Part shown: one piece after another, positions 37,571 through 51,118 of the stretch
Position numbering within the stretch: position 1 is the first letter of the stretch
Layout: every line of letters starts with the position of its first letter
Source of the DNA: Lingula anatina
Lineage: Eukaryota > Animalia > Brachiopoda
Reading direction: 5' to 3'
DNA length: 64,000 bases
NCBI GenBank assembly: GCA_051362555.1
Contig: CM120645.1
Span: forward strand, 14,012,001-14,076,000
The notes under the pieces: generated by a model
Told to the model about the DNA's origin: nothing
What the model saw: the letters and a program-made list of their open reading frames with translations, nothing else
The model's database searches: none
Translations under genes and position numbers: made by a program

Positions 37571-39739
37571 TTTTAATTTTATATTAAAATATCTGGTATG
37601 TACTGCATCAGTTTTTGATTTGCCCTCGTTAACTTTAGGATGTTTTGCTTAACTTAAAAGTAACTTTAATCATTACATCATTCAAAGGCTGCTAACCATC
37701 TTCCCCTTTTTTTAAATCCTATATGGTATTTTTAAATTAAAATTTATATGCCCATTTTCAGCAATAATCTGACCTGGCAATGAGAATATTTCTGTTTTTT
37801 TTATGGCATTTTTAAATTAAAATTTATATGCCCATTTTCAGCAATAATCTGACCTGGCAATGAGAATATTTCTTTTTTTTTTTTTTTTTTTTTTACAAAT
37901 TTAAATACCTGTATTTCTATCTGTAACCTAGGATGGTTTCTCAACCCCGCTTATTAAGGCCATCGAGTGTGAGGACTACGAAATCCGACGTCGTATGGTT
38001 AAGATCCTTATAAAATGGAAGGTCAAGGTCAACCAAAGGCTGCGAAAGGTACTAAAATATATGAATAATAATAACAATAATAATAACTTTTTCTGATCAA
38101 CATATTCAAACGACATCATATCGAAAATCATAATTTTAGTTTAAACTCCTACAAATGATGCAGGGAGAACATTCCTCTTTAGATGTTTAGCCGTTTCTCA
38201 TTTTGACTTTCATAAGTGCGAAATTAGCAGTTTCACTCAGTTTCTACGAATCGTGCTTCTTTTAATAGTAGGCCTACTCTTTGTACAGTAAAATGATTTC
38301 CATAAGTGAATATTTGCAATATGGGTAATTGGCTGAATAATCATAGCTATGGCCTGCACTATAATTAGAAAATGAATTAAGGAATATCCCTCAAGTGGTA
38401 TCTCCTCTTCACGACTTCCGCGCCATAGATCACAATGATGTTTATTGTTATGTCCTCGTGTCTTTTCCAGAGCGGGTTCACCGCCATGCACAAAGCCATA
38501 GCTCGCAGAGACAGGGAGGTCATCAAGATGTTAATCAACGCTGGTGGTGATACAACCATACGTGGATTTGTAAGTATAACTCTTAATGGTTAACGTCCAT
38601 GAAGTAGCAAACTATTGCGCGCGACCACCTTTTTCCTACTGTGAAAGGTCGCACAGTAGCAAAGCATGGGAAATGCGTATCCACTTGCATTACTTTTTAA
38701 GATTGCCTTATCTATTTGTTTTTTTAAAAATGAACATCTTCCACAAACAAGCAAAAATGGTTAATGCATCAAGTTGCTTATTGTATATAAATCAACGGCC
38801 CTGGATACATTTCATTTATCTGATTTTTGTTCTGTCAGACAGTTCTGAAAATTGGCATTTCACTAACTGAAGAATATAACAACAAAACGTGTTCAAAATC
38901 TGTATAGAGGGGAGCTTTTGCTTTTTAGCCTATCCCATTGTCTCCAACAAGAATAAAGTATGTGTTATTAACATCTATTTTTTTTCAAGAAAAATGTCGT
39001 TACTGTTTCAGAATGGCTCTCCGGTTCTTATGTGGAGTGTCAATGACCATACCCTGCTAGGCTGGCTGTTGGAGAACAACCATTGCGATGCGGACACGAG
39101 AGCGGAGGTGAGGAATGCGGTAGATGTGCTTTCTCAATTGCTGCAATGCAAATTTGTCCAGCTCCGCTATCGCAACGTGGGAGCATTTACTGTAATAGTG
39201 TGCTTTGTTTCTTTGTTAATGAGGTTCCCTATTAAACATGTTATGACTCCCAGAAAAGACGCCCAAAATATGGCAAATGCAGAGAGAATGCGTAGAATAC
39301 TCAAATGAAAATAATAGAAACTGGCACAAAGATTGCATAAAAGCAATTTGAGTTATACATGTACTAGTACATAAGGCAGAATCATTAAAATTGTCTCAAT
39401 TTGATGAAATCTAATTAAAGTTAATATTATATTTATGCTTATATTCACGTAATCTCGTAAGTTACCCTTAATATTGAATTTCAGCAAATGAACGGGACCG
39501 TCCTTTTTTACTACGAGGAGCAGGGTGACGACTGGGCCGACGCCATAGAGACAGCCTTGGCCCACGGCGCTCACTTGTACCACCGGGATTACCTGGTATA
39601 CTATAGACTTCAATTATAACGTCAAAATATATGACTTCGCTTTGTCATCATGCCCAATTGCTAATTGCATTGAGATAGCAAACTTAAAACCTGTAGGGTA
39701 TAGTCAAACTTTGATGGATATCCCTGGTCTTTTTTGTTA

Positions 39740-39789
<50 letters not shown>

Positions 39790-42700
39790 GCTCACGTTCT
39801 TCTCTGTTTAATCTCAGACTAATAAGACCGTCTATGACCTGGCGGAAGAACACAAGAGGAAAGATATACTTATCAAACTGAATAAGGTAAAAGAAGTGAA
39901 AATTTCATTGCACACGTATACAGACAAAATGCCATACGTCAGCAACACAAAGTATTCATCTGACCCTCTTTGAACCCATCTACGTCCTTATCTCCTGATT
40001 CAGTTGTCGGTTTCGAAAATTCAAAAGATTTGAAGAATTAAAGATGAAATTTAGTTTTAACTTATAAAACTGTTTTCTTAGTTAGTATAAGTAGAGGTCC
40101 TCTTAAATGAAATAATGTATTTATACAAAAACAAGAAACTGCTACTTTTAAGAACCCGAAGTTACTTCACTTTATCAAATAACTACACATTAATTTCAAA
40201 TTGAACAAACCAAAAAAACCAGTATGAAAGCTCAGTCAAGGCCCATCGTGTTTTCTTTTATGAGGCATGCGTGTCGACAGCGTTATGCTTGCAACAGAAC
40301 TAATCAGTGTTCAACGTTTTAGCACTTTATGAAATGTTTTCTTCTTCTCTTAAAGTGTCAAACTACAAATGTGTAGATTGGAATGAAATATCTTTTATTT
40401 TCCAAACAAAACAAGATAGATTTCACACCCCGAACACGCCTAGAAGTGAGTTTGTTTCTTGTGTTCCCTAAATTTGTTCTTATTTTTATTGCAGCACATA
40501 TTCAAGCTAGTCGACAGAGGTGATTTTGATACCATTTGGATGGAAATCCACAGAAGTTTTGATCGCTGGAACAAATTAAAAAACCAGGTGAGTGTTGCTA
40601 TATGTCAAGTTCGAGGACGGCCATGCAAGTGCTAGTTATGTCTGGATAAAAGATAACAATTCATTTTTTTTCATAGAATATTAAATTCAGTTAAAACAAA
40701 TGTAAGAGTTTAAAAGATACAAACATTTGAACACTAACCATTTTAGTCAGATCGGAGTCCCCGCATCTAAACTTGTAGTTTCCCTGCCTCCCTCCACCCC
40801 CAAACCACCACAACCACCACCACCACCACCCCCGAAACACCACTACAACCACAACCACAACCACCACCACCACCACCCCCGAACCACCACCACAACCACA
40901 ACCACCACCACCATACACATATTCTTACACGCACACGGACATAAATATCGCCATAGTGCCGCAATCACTTTATACTTGTCCAAAAACATTAACGCAAAGC
41001 ATATAAATCAGCCTTGGTTCATTTCAGGACGGAAAGACTCCGTACGAGCTCGCAATGGAGAAAGGAAACGAAGAACTGTCCCAGTTACTGGACAGCGACA
41101 ATATCAAGAGGTTCCACGTAAGTTCTGTGTTTCCTAAAATACACGTTAGAAGGGAAACATTACTTGCATTAGAATTATTTCTGAAACCTTATTGTTAATC
41201 GGTAACCTTATACTCAAATGTTCTCTGCTGTATAAGGAGATAATATTAGTTCTAACGTTTCACAAATTTTAGGAGACTATTGAAGAATGTGTGGCCAAGG
41301 CAGGGGAAGGGGACATTGATGCTGTGAGACATTGCTGTGAAGACGACTTCATAGACCCAAAGTGCCTCAGCAAGGTAAAGGTCATCAGCCTGTAGAAGCC
41401 ATTGACCCGTTAACGTTTTTTTTTTTTTTTCTTTTTCATAGCTGACTATGCAAACTCACACAATTTCGTTTATTTTTTATTTATGCATTTTGTTGACATC
41501 ATTATTTTCTTTTAATCTTATTTATCATGTATTTTGTATTTCTATTTTTATATATTTACTTAGCTTATTTTAATTTATTATTTTAACCATTTTTCGGTGT
41601 TGGAAGGTAGAGGATATAATGTAGATTTGGTCAATGTCCAGTATATATCTAACAAAACTGAATAACAGCAAAATTTTACCATTATAAATGAGCCAATTAG
41701 ATGTTTTTTTTTCTTGAAAATTAACTTTCCCTCTTAATGCTTTCTGCAACGCAGACATTAAGAATTCGCAAAAAATGAAAATACATCGTACTTTTACGAT
41801 AAAACAATAATTAAAGAAAGTTTAACGCGTCTTTCCAGTCGTGCCAGAACCCCATCCACACTGCGGCAGAGAACAACCACAAGAATGTCGTGGAGTACCT
41901 GCTCAGTACAGGGGTGGACGTCAATATGCCGGACGGCAAGGTAAGGGGGACATAACGACCATACAGGGTTACAGTGCTAAGACCATCCTTCATGACCAAA
42001 CTGAGGAAAAAAAATAAATTATCATTTACAGCTTTTCAAACACCGCAAAGCTTTTTATCTTTAATAACTCAAAGTTACACCAAGTACTTTCATTTAAAAC
42101 GTCTTCATTGTCTCCAAAAAGATATTCTAAACTTCTATCTATTTTCTACTGTTTTTCCTCTTTTTATCACAAGTAAGAAAATACAGGTGGCGAGACAATA
42201 AACAGTTTATTATTTATTTATCTATTCGTTTGTCCACAGTACTGCATGACGGCGCTGCACTATGCCGCAGGGAACGGTCACCTGAAGACGGTGGAGTTCC
42301 TGATCAACAGGGGGGCCGACCTCAACCTCACGGACACGGTGGGTAGCCTGCTAGTCTTCTAGTCCCGGTTTCACAAAAGAAAAAACTTAAGTCAGGTTCT
42401 CTTGCTAAGAACTTAATTAGCAAACATCTTACCTTATCAGAAGCACTGTAACATCACTCTCATGGAAACCCTAGTCAACTAAGCCAGGGAAATGAGTTTT
42501 TTGTTTGTGTGTGAAACTGGGGCCTGGTCACACTGTCAGTGATGTCATACCAAATTCTTGATCTGATTATTCGTCATTATTATTTTTATTATTATCATTA
42601 TTGATGTAATATTTCAGAACGGTATGACGCCTCTAGAGTACGCAAACTATATGGTACAGTACGAAGGCAAGGAGTTTGACTTGCTGCCGCTAGCCGAACT

Positions 42701-44137
42701 TTTCTTCAAACACGGTTATGACCCAAACAGACCAACCTCGGTGAGTACATGTGCCGCATGGTAGCCAACGGTACCTGGTCAGCAACAAGGGTTACACAGA
42801 GGACAGAAACCCGTGATTGCCCTCAGACGCAAAATTAGAGAATAATTGTCAAGTTTCGGCTTTCAATGAGCTCTTTTGTTTTTAATATCTCACGTTTAAT
42901 GAGAAACTAAACCCTCCGGAACTTTTAGGCATACTATATTTAAAACTTGAATATTTCGGTTAACCTCATGATGTCAAAGGCAATTTTACGAATTCAATGA
43001 TTCTTTATTTTATTTTAAAATATCCAAATGCATTAAAGATATTTTCAAAACGTCATTGTTTGTTTCAGACTGGGTTGACGTTCCTGCACGAAGTTGCCAC
43101 CTACTCTCAAGCTCTTGTTGACCTGGCGGTAGAAAACGGCGCCAACATGCACCTGAAGAGCGTTGCGGTAGGTTTTCTCCTCAAAACAGTTTTTTTTTCC
43201 TTATATCACACGGAGTGTCAGAGACTGTCTTTGCATTTAATTTCAAGGAAAAGGGCAACGTTTGCGCAGGACATGAAATTGGTTAAATGATCGCACTTAT
43301 TAGCTAGGAATGAAAATACTAATCGGATAAGACAGTCAAACGTCTTTACCCTTACTCTTGTGTCTTGTCACAAAAAATATTTGATTCTTAAAGATGGGTC
43401 AGACAATCGAGCAGATGCTAGAAAACGACATAAAAGAATGCAAAGATGACGACCGCAAGAAGATCCTGATGTACATGAGCAATTATATCCAGGAAAAAGC
43501 AACGCAAGAAGCGGCAGTGGTGAGCTCAGACAATTTCATTCGTTTCAGAGATGATTTTTTTTCATTCTGTGATATGTTTAGATAAAACTTACCATTTCTT
43601 AAAGTGAAAAGTAAAAGTTTCTCATGTGTATAAAATAGATAGATGGCAATACATATATAGGCCCTAGTTAGGGTAATTCAAAATAAACTATTTGTTCAAC
43701 ATCCAGAATTTTCGTATCAAATTCTGTTTCATTTTTCTTGTTTTATAAATATCCTATCGATATATTGCATCAATGTTTTCCTTAAATTTATTTTGTAGTG
43801 AAATTATATAGGATTTTGTAAACAGTTGTAACTTTGGAATTTATTCCCTCTTTCATTGAAAGAAATAAGTTGCTAATATTTACCCCAGTACGCATATACT
43901 GTATCTTCAGTGATACATGTGCACAATAATATTTAGCATTAAACCATCACATTGAATAACTGACATGCACAACCATAAAATCAAAGAATAAATTTAATGT
44001 TTCAGAACTCCCTAAGCGACTCTCAGTCCGACAGGTTCTCCGAGCTAGACCGCCTAAACGACAAGACAGACCAAAACGTAGATGCACCCCTAGAGAAGGA
44101 CCAGAAAAAGCAGTCCAAATCCTGTACAATAATGTGA
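36118..44137 (+). CDS. Ankyrin-repeat protein (~544 aa) with C-terminal CaaX box
   Basis: 16 coding exons, all GT-AG and phase 0: 36118-36132, 37250-37411, 37932-38048, 38471-38569, 39012-39107, 39485-39595, 39818-39886, 40495-40587, 41028-41117, 41273-41374, 41839-41940, 42240-42338, 42618-42740, 43069-43167, 43394-43519, 44006-44137. Ankyrin consensus is clear, e.g. MTALHYAAGNGHLKTVEFLINRGADLN and GFTAMHKAIARRDREVIKMLINAGGD. The protein ends KKQSKSCTIM*. Confidence 0.88.
37722..37880. repeat. Intronic ~80-bp tandem duplication
   Basis: TATGG(T/C)ATTTTTAAATTAAAATTTATATGCCCATTTTCAGCAATAATCTGACCTGGCAATGAGAATATTTCT occurs twice, near-identical. Confidence 0.9.
40795..40915. repeat. (ACC/ACA)n low-complexity tract, intronic
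   Basis: Direct reading; it produces the spurious poly-P/H/T and poly-V/W ORFs. Confidence 0.9.
42362..42524. mobile_element. Short intronic MITE
   Basis: Termini GTCCCGGTTTCACAAA and TGTGTGAAACTGGGGCC are imperfect inverted repeats. Confidence 0.55.
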
Positions 44138-45271
44138 ATTCGTTATACAAATGGTTTACTGTGAGGCGTCTTATCTCGTAGTATGTGTATATATATCTAT
44201 GCTGTCTTCTCAATCTCTAAATCTCACACAAAGAAAACAGAAAGAAAACAGAAGAAAGCAGAAGATGGCTCCCATCTCTCTCCGAGTATTGAAGGTGCCT
44301 CAGACAATTTTTTAAATCGTGTACAATACAACCACGGAATAATAATACTACATCTAGCATATCTTCAACCGCATTAAAATCACAAGGGAATACTTCAAAT
44401 ATTGAGAGGGTCTATTTATTGGCATGTATATGTACAAATGTATAAGTATATGTACATGTATATCAGTCGGGTACCGGGTATGGTGTAAATATGCGCTCTG
44501 TTTCCTGCAGTCGTTTCTTTTTTAATCATTTGACCTTGCGACGTGTTCTTATTACGTATGAATGGGGGGGGGGGTTAGAGTATCTTCCATATCGAGAAGA
44601 CAGTATTCTATGTAAAGTAATTTAACGATGAACAGATGCAGGGGAAATTGTTAATAACGTACAGTCAAAATTAACATTTCGGTTGGTATGTATGCACTGT
44701 ATGGGGAATTTCTATTTCTTTTAACTTCCTTCGCATATGAGTCAGTATTTATCTTGTGAGCACTAGTGCTACATTCGCTGTTTTACGTAGCAGTGAAGTC
44801 ATGTATTATAACGTTAAGTCTTTTTTATATTCTAAGATATCATGACTGTATATAAAAGTGTTCTTTCTGATCTATTTCAAGTTTTATAGCACGATTGAAT
44901 GATGCCCCTTTCTTTGTGATTTGTGTTTCTTAAGACTAAAATATATAACGATATAGGGTAAATGATTTGAAGGTTTTTTCTGTTTAATTTTATCGCATGT
45001 AATAGACAGCATTCCAAAAACAGGTGTGTAAGTTAGATACTTCGGTGTTTATATTTCGCAACAATTAAAACAATCAATAGAGTAACCAAATTAAAGCACT
45101 TGCTTTTCAGTGTGCATAGAGTTATAAAGAAAAAGGAATGGACTTCGGCAAACAGGTCTACTGCATTGTAGATTGTGCACAACATTGGTTTATACGCCTA
45201 GTGAGTGGTAATTCTCAATTACCACGATTTGATCAGAAATTGGAAAGAATTTAATGAAAAGCAATAAAAGA

Positions 45272-45345
45272 AGGCCCTACTGGGATTCGAACCCAGGATC
45301 TCCTGTTTACTAGACAGGCGCTTTAACCAACTAAGCCATAGAGCC
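45272..45345 (-). tRNA. trnT-AGT: tRNA-Thr(AGT)
   Basis: The reverse complement reads GGCTCTATGGCTTAGTTGGTTAAAGCGCCTGTCTAGTAAACAGGAGATCCTGGGTTCGAATCCCAGTAGGGCCT, followed by a TTTT terminator. Confidence 0.96.
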
Positions 45346-47182
45346 GCTGATGTATCTCTGTACTAGACCGACTTTCTTTTTAAAGAAACAATGCCCGCTT
45401 TCTGTTCAGACGAAGATAAGAAACACTGTCAATTAAAATTGATAAAATCTGTTGCGCGTGATATGGATCTCAGTGCATTCGATTGTGAGTAATTGCTTCA
45501 TTGTGAATGATACAATTGTAAATTGCCTTTGAGAAAAGAACTTTCCTACACAGTTTGAGTCTGTTGGCCGTTTGTAAATGAAAAAGGGAGAAAAAAAGAA
45601 TAAATGAATGAAAAATGAAAGAATGTGTGAATAAAAAGTTGACAGATTGTCACTGAGCGGGCACGTTTCATATCTACGTCAAAAGACAGAATACAAAAAT
45701 TAAAAAGCAAATGAAAGAAGTTATTAATAGTCCAAATATTGCTGAGGAACGGAGCCGTGGGAATATAACCGGCTGTTGCCTTGATACTGTTGCCAAGCAA
45801 ACCAATATTGCATCACCGTTGAGAGGTATAGAGTTCCTAATGATAAAGCTGCGCCTTGCATTATATTACTAGGAAAACAGCTACCAGTACTTTTTCTATG
45901 TTGAATCTTACAAGCTGTTGTGTTTTGCTACAGTAATTCAGGAAACCAAGTTGTCATGAATTCTTTTGGCTTCAATTTGAGAATCCCTTCGGGAAACAGC
46001 CACGTTTTCTGGAGAAGAACTACTTCAGTGGCAGTGACAAATGTCATGATCATTCAGCCATGGGCATGCAGTAATCTCATAATGAAAGTAATTTTGTTTC
46101 TCTGATTCGCAGGAGTTGGGAGTAAAATAGATGAGGGACTAAATTTTTAACGGACAATATACTTATATGCCGCTTCAAGGAACTCCGGATTATTTTACAT
46201 ATATCTACATGCTGATGATTTATTCTCAGAATATTATTTCTGGACTTATCTGTCAATTTTGAATTCAGTGATGCGTATTCCGTATTCTTTGACTCGGAGC
46301 TTTTAAACCACTCGTGGAATTCTCGATAAATTCTAAAGATGTTTTGTTTAAAAAAAGATCACAAAAGATACCTGGAACCTTATTTACGTGATTGATCATC
46401 ATTACAGTTGTATGTCGCATGTGAGTCCAGTGATGATATAAGAGTACTGCCAGATTTCCGCTGCCGCTGACCCACGCATTGAGACTGGCGTGAACATGTT
46501 TTATAGCGAGACGATCGTCCAATGACCGATCAAACGAGTAGTCAAGATCACTACACAGTAAATTTGTGATTATAGTCACGGGTCCGTGAAATTTTAATCA
46601 ACCAGCCGTACCTGATTGACTGTGCCTGGTTAAATATTGGAGCTTTGTGACGGCCTGTTAACCCCTTCTGTGTAGCGGTTACGCAAGGAACATATTGGTC
46701 CACTTTGATTTTTCAAAGAGCAAGGACGAGTTTTCAATTTTCCTTTGCGATAACTATAGAAGAATCATTCAAGGTGGCAAACGGTGCTGGACTTTTGACC
46801 ATTGTCAATGTTAAATGAGAACGTTTCTAAATCAGGGGAGATGTTAAACCCAAGTCGTTCCAGCAGCTAAATTAAACTTCTGTCAAACTAAATGTGGTGA
46901 ACTTGTGGAATGGTGATCCATGATGCAAATGTAGGACCTGAACATCACACTCAGCGTGACATTGAATAAGTCTTATAAAAAAAAACGATAAAGACACTCT
47001 ATTCACAATGATCTGTTCAGAACGGGGACTGATGAAGTTCAAGGCCAGATTGGAGAGAACGGGGACGGGAAACGCTGGGGGCGTGGAAAGTTCTGGTAAC
47101 GCGCAGCAAAGGAAGAAACCTCGGAGAAGGAGCTCGGGAAGGGAGTCTGAAACTTCCAGCGGTATAGAGTTGTCAGAGCAAG

Positions 47183-50100
47183 ATGAGGAGGAAACTACGT
47201 TCGGCAATAGGTGAGAGTTAATGGTTCACCTGCAGGGGCGGATCTAGAGATATTTTCTGACAGTCTTCTAAATTATCATTGTTGATCCATCTTCCATTTT
47301 TGACCGTCTTCCGACAGAAAACATTAGATGGCTGACAATGTAAAGTTGAAAATCTGACAGTCTTCCAGAAGACCCAGAAGACGGCCTTAATCCGCCCCTG
47401 CATTGTTTTCTTCAGATTAATAGCCCAAGTTGCATAGTTATCACTGTAGAAGTGGCCTTTATAAGCTTCGGGGTAAATTTGCAGTGCATGGCTTCATTTG
47501 TCACAAAATTAAAGCGATACATCTCATGCCTTAGGCTTCGTTATTCGTAAAAACGTTCAAATCATCACGTATTCATAGTTAAAGAATGACGTGTAGGACT
47601 GTCTATTTTGAATGCCAAGTCTTACGAAAGTTTTTAACATGGACCTTATCTCTCATTAGGTCCATGGATGTGTACAAAAAATATCTGGCTATTCCTCTGC
47701 TCTTTTTAACTTCATATTCAACTGGCGGAGAGCAACGAGTGTAACGATTGGAGTAACGATTGGAAAGTGTAACGATTGGAGTAACGATTGGAAAGTGTAA
47801 CTATTACCAAGGGGATAGTAACGACTGGAAAGTGGGGGAGGGGGGGGGTAGAATTCAACACGTGTTTTTCAGAGTTAAACTAGAACCTGAAGTTCCTACC
47901 GGTACATGTACGATATATATAAATTGAACATTTTGGTTTGACCATGCTTTGTGTTTTTGTGCACGAAAATGAAATAATCTCACCAAAATCGATTAAAAGA
48001 GAGAGAGAGAAAGAGAGACAGACTCTGTCGTTTGTGGCCACACTGGTAGACCTACTGTGTGCGTGTACTAGTATATGTTAATTAATGAAAACATTGCGTT
48101 TCACTAATTTTTTTGATTGCAAGAGATAAACGTTATCTGCAAAATATCTAAAAGAATGCGTGAGTGGGGTGGGGGTGGGGAGAAGAGATTGAGGGATAAC
48201 AAACGTAATGTGATGAGAAACGCACACATATGCAAATCACCGTCGAAAGATGAAATCAACCTCTTTTATGTCTTCATTGTCTCCTTAACAACAAAGGGTA
48301 TTTATCGCCTTTATTATGAGACGGAGAGAGATATAGCATGGGAAAATATCGAGGGCTCTATGGCTTAGTTGGTTAAAGCGCCTGTCTAGTAAACAGGAGA
48401 TCCTGGGTTCGAATCCCAGTAGGGCCTCTTTTATTTCAATATTTTCTGTTCGTTTGTTTTACTATATGAAGTACATACATGCACAAGACCAATTATCCGA
48501 ACGTCCACTCTTGCATGCCATGAGTGTCAGAGTCACTGTGAATCGGGCTGATATGGGATAAATATGAAATCAAGATCGAGCTGGCAATAGCGGAATCTAG
48601 AACCTACGGTACGCTTGCAACGCACTGAGAAAGAGATGCTGGCCAGTTGAAGATAGGAAAATGGGAAAGGGTTTGTGAGAGCTGGATAGGACGAAAGAGG
48701 AGATAGAAATTATCACCAGAATTAACCGTCAGAACCTGGCTATAAAAAGGGGTCATCTATGACGACAAGGATACCTGTATTTTCCGATACATTATCAATA
48801 CCCGGTGTTAGCAATGCGAAGGGACAGATCAATATCTTATCGACAAGTAAACCAACACGTGTTTTCGTAACGTTCAAGAATTATTGATATTTCCCAAAAA
48901 ATCGAAAATAAAATTGATACTCGCGTCCATAGGTCAAAATAACACATGTTCTACAATGCCCAAATGTACAGAGCAACCCTATGAAGGACACATTACGAGT
49001 ATTGCATTCTGCCGTCTTGACTTTATAGGAAAACTGTGTTTCTACCATTTCCTCAGGGTTAGGCCATGTAGTAAATCAAGTATAAAATACCGTTCATAAA
49101 TAACTTTTAAAGGAGCAATGGACCGCAGAAAGGGATGGGATCGCGTTCGAAGCGTAGACAGCCAAGCGTCCATTTCGTCCATCATGAGCGAGTACGACGC
49201 CGGCGGGTGCAGCACACTCGAAAGCAGCTTCGGTTCCTCGTGCGGTTCCAGGGGCAACGTCTGGTACGAGTTAAGACAAATTAACGCCAAAAGAGGTAAA
49301 ACTGTGAGTGTTGAGAACACCAGTGTTAAGGATACAAAACTCTCTGTACAAACAAGTGAAATACAAGTCAATATCACACGGCCCGCGTTCAGCACTGCTG
49401 AACTTTCAGACGCTGCCACACCGCTGCTAAATGATGAAAATACGAAGCACAAACAGAGACGACACATTTTTAAAAAACATACAAATGAAAAACCCAAAGT
49501 TGGCGGCGTGGATGACGTCACTGGCGGTCATTCAGCATCCACGCCTCTTCTCGCCAGTGGCGGGAGTGACCACGAGGGGGAGAGTGACTCCTCCCAAGCC
49601 ACGGTCAAGTCACCCATCTGGGTACTGCGAGGGCAACAGAGCAGTGGTAGCTACAGCAGTGACGAGAGGGTCGCCGGTGCACGAAGGAAGCGACGACGAT
49701 CTTCTAAGCAGCTGCCGAAGCTGAAATTGCCGGGGAGAAAACGGAACAACGCACGGGTTGAGATCAGTAGAACGCCGGAGACGCCAGTTAGTGCAATGGT
49801 AGAAAATACGGTGAAACGCAGGTACAGGACTCTGTGCATTTCGATGTTTTTTTATCGTTTTTTTTCACGGTATCACAAAAATGCAGTTATCTTGACCCGA
49901 AACAAGTATGACAGGGGGGACGCCATGCAAATGCAATGTATTCCCCCAAAATCTTATGCGTTGAAAGCATAAACTGTACAATTGCCGTGTATAGCGCACG
50001 CTCAACACAAATACATGTACATGTATATTACGGATATTTAATTTTAATTTTACACATCCGTCAATATTAACAAATCCGTTAAATTCCAGCAAACTTTTTC

Positions 50101-50960
50101 TTTCTGAATTCCACTTAAAATCATATTCTATTATTTCCTCTCTCATACACTTTTACCTCCAGGGTCAGGGTGGTATTTATGGGTCCAGAATACGGAGGTA
50201 AGACCAGTCTCATTCACTCCATCATAGGCGACTCAGCGGAGACGGTGCAACACAACACCGACGCCGTAGCGCAGTTCTTGTGGTTTCCTTTCACCGACAA
50301 AAATATCGGTAAGATTTGGGTCAAGTTACCAGACTTTTCAAGTTATTATGACAACCTTTGGTTATTAACGTTGCAATAACGGCGAGAAAAAGCGAAGTGT
50401 TCAGCACAGTTAAAGTCACCAAGAAGTTGTTCCACCTCCTGTAGGTCACCGACAATGATTTGAAATCCAGGGCGCGTGGTGCTCGATTCCTTCACAAATT
50501 AGTGAATGTAAATTACTTATGATTTAAGAAATTCACAGAAAAACTTAATCGGTAAGGAATTTAAGTTAGAAATAATACCATGCATTTGTCGTCAGAATTT
50601 TATGGAATAACAATTTAAAAACAGCGCACATGCGTTGGTGTATTAAAATGCAGTTAAAATAAGGATCCATTGCCATTTAAAGGATCAACCCTTTTCTTAT
50701 TTCTTTCAAATAATTTACTCACATTAATTTCAATTTATATTTCCAGAGTCAATCTTGGACTTTCAACTCAGCAGAGAAGAGAAATTTCTGTTACTTGATA
50801 TATGGGATTTGTCTGGCAGACCGGTAATACGTGATTTATAAAATTGTACTTTTAAGATGGTGATACGAATGTTTTCTTTTTCTATTGACTGGTTTTCTAA
50901 AATGTTATATGATGTTAAATGTAATATTTTAATTCTAGTAGTACATACTACATGTAAATT

Positions 50961-51008
<48 letters not shown>

Positions 51009-51083
51009 CTCCATTTGAAAAACTGTAAAAAAAACATTAATCAAATGTTTGATTAATTAACATAATATACTGAAAAGATGCAA

Positions 51084-51118
<35 letters not shown>

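Noticed and set aside
40691-41137. Pro/His/Thr-rich and Val/Trp-rich ORFs
   Set aside because: These are translations of an intronic (ACC)n tract.
44030-44040. Phase-2 cryptic donor (AG|GTTCTC) in the last ankyrin exon that could join the Roc exon at 50163
   Set aside because: It is a poor match to the donor consensus and cannot be supported without transcripts.
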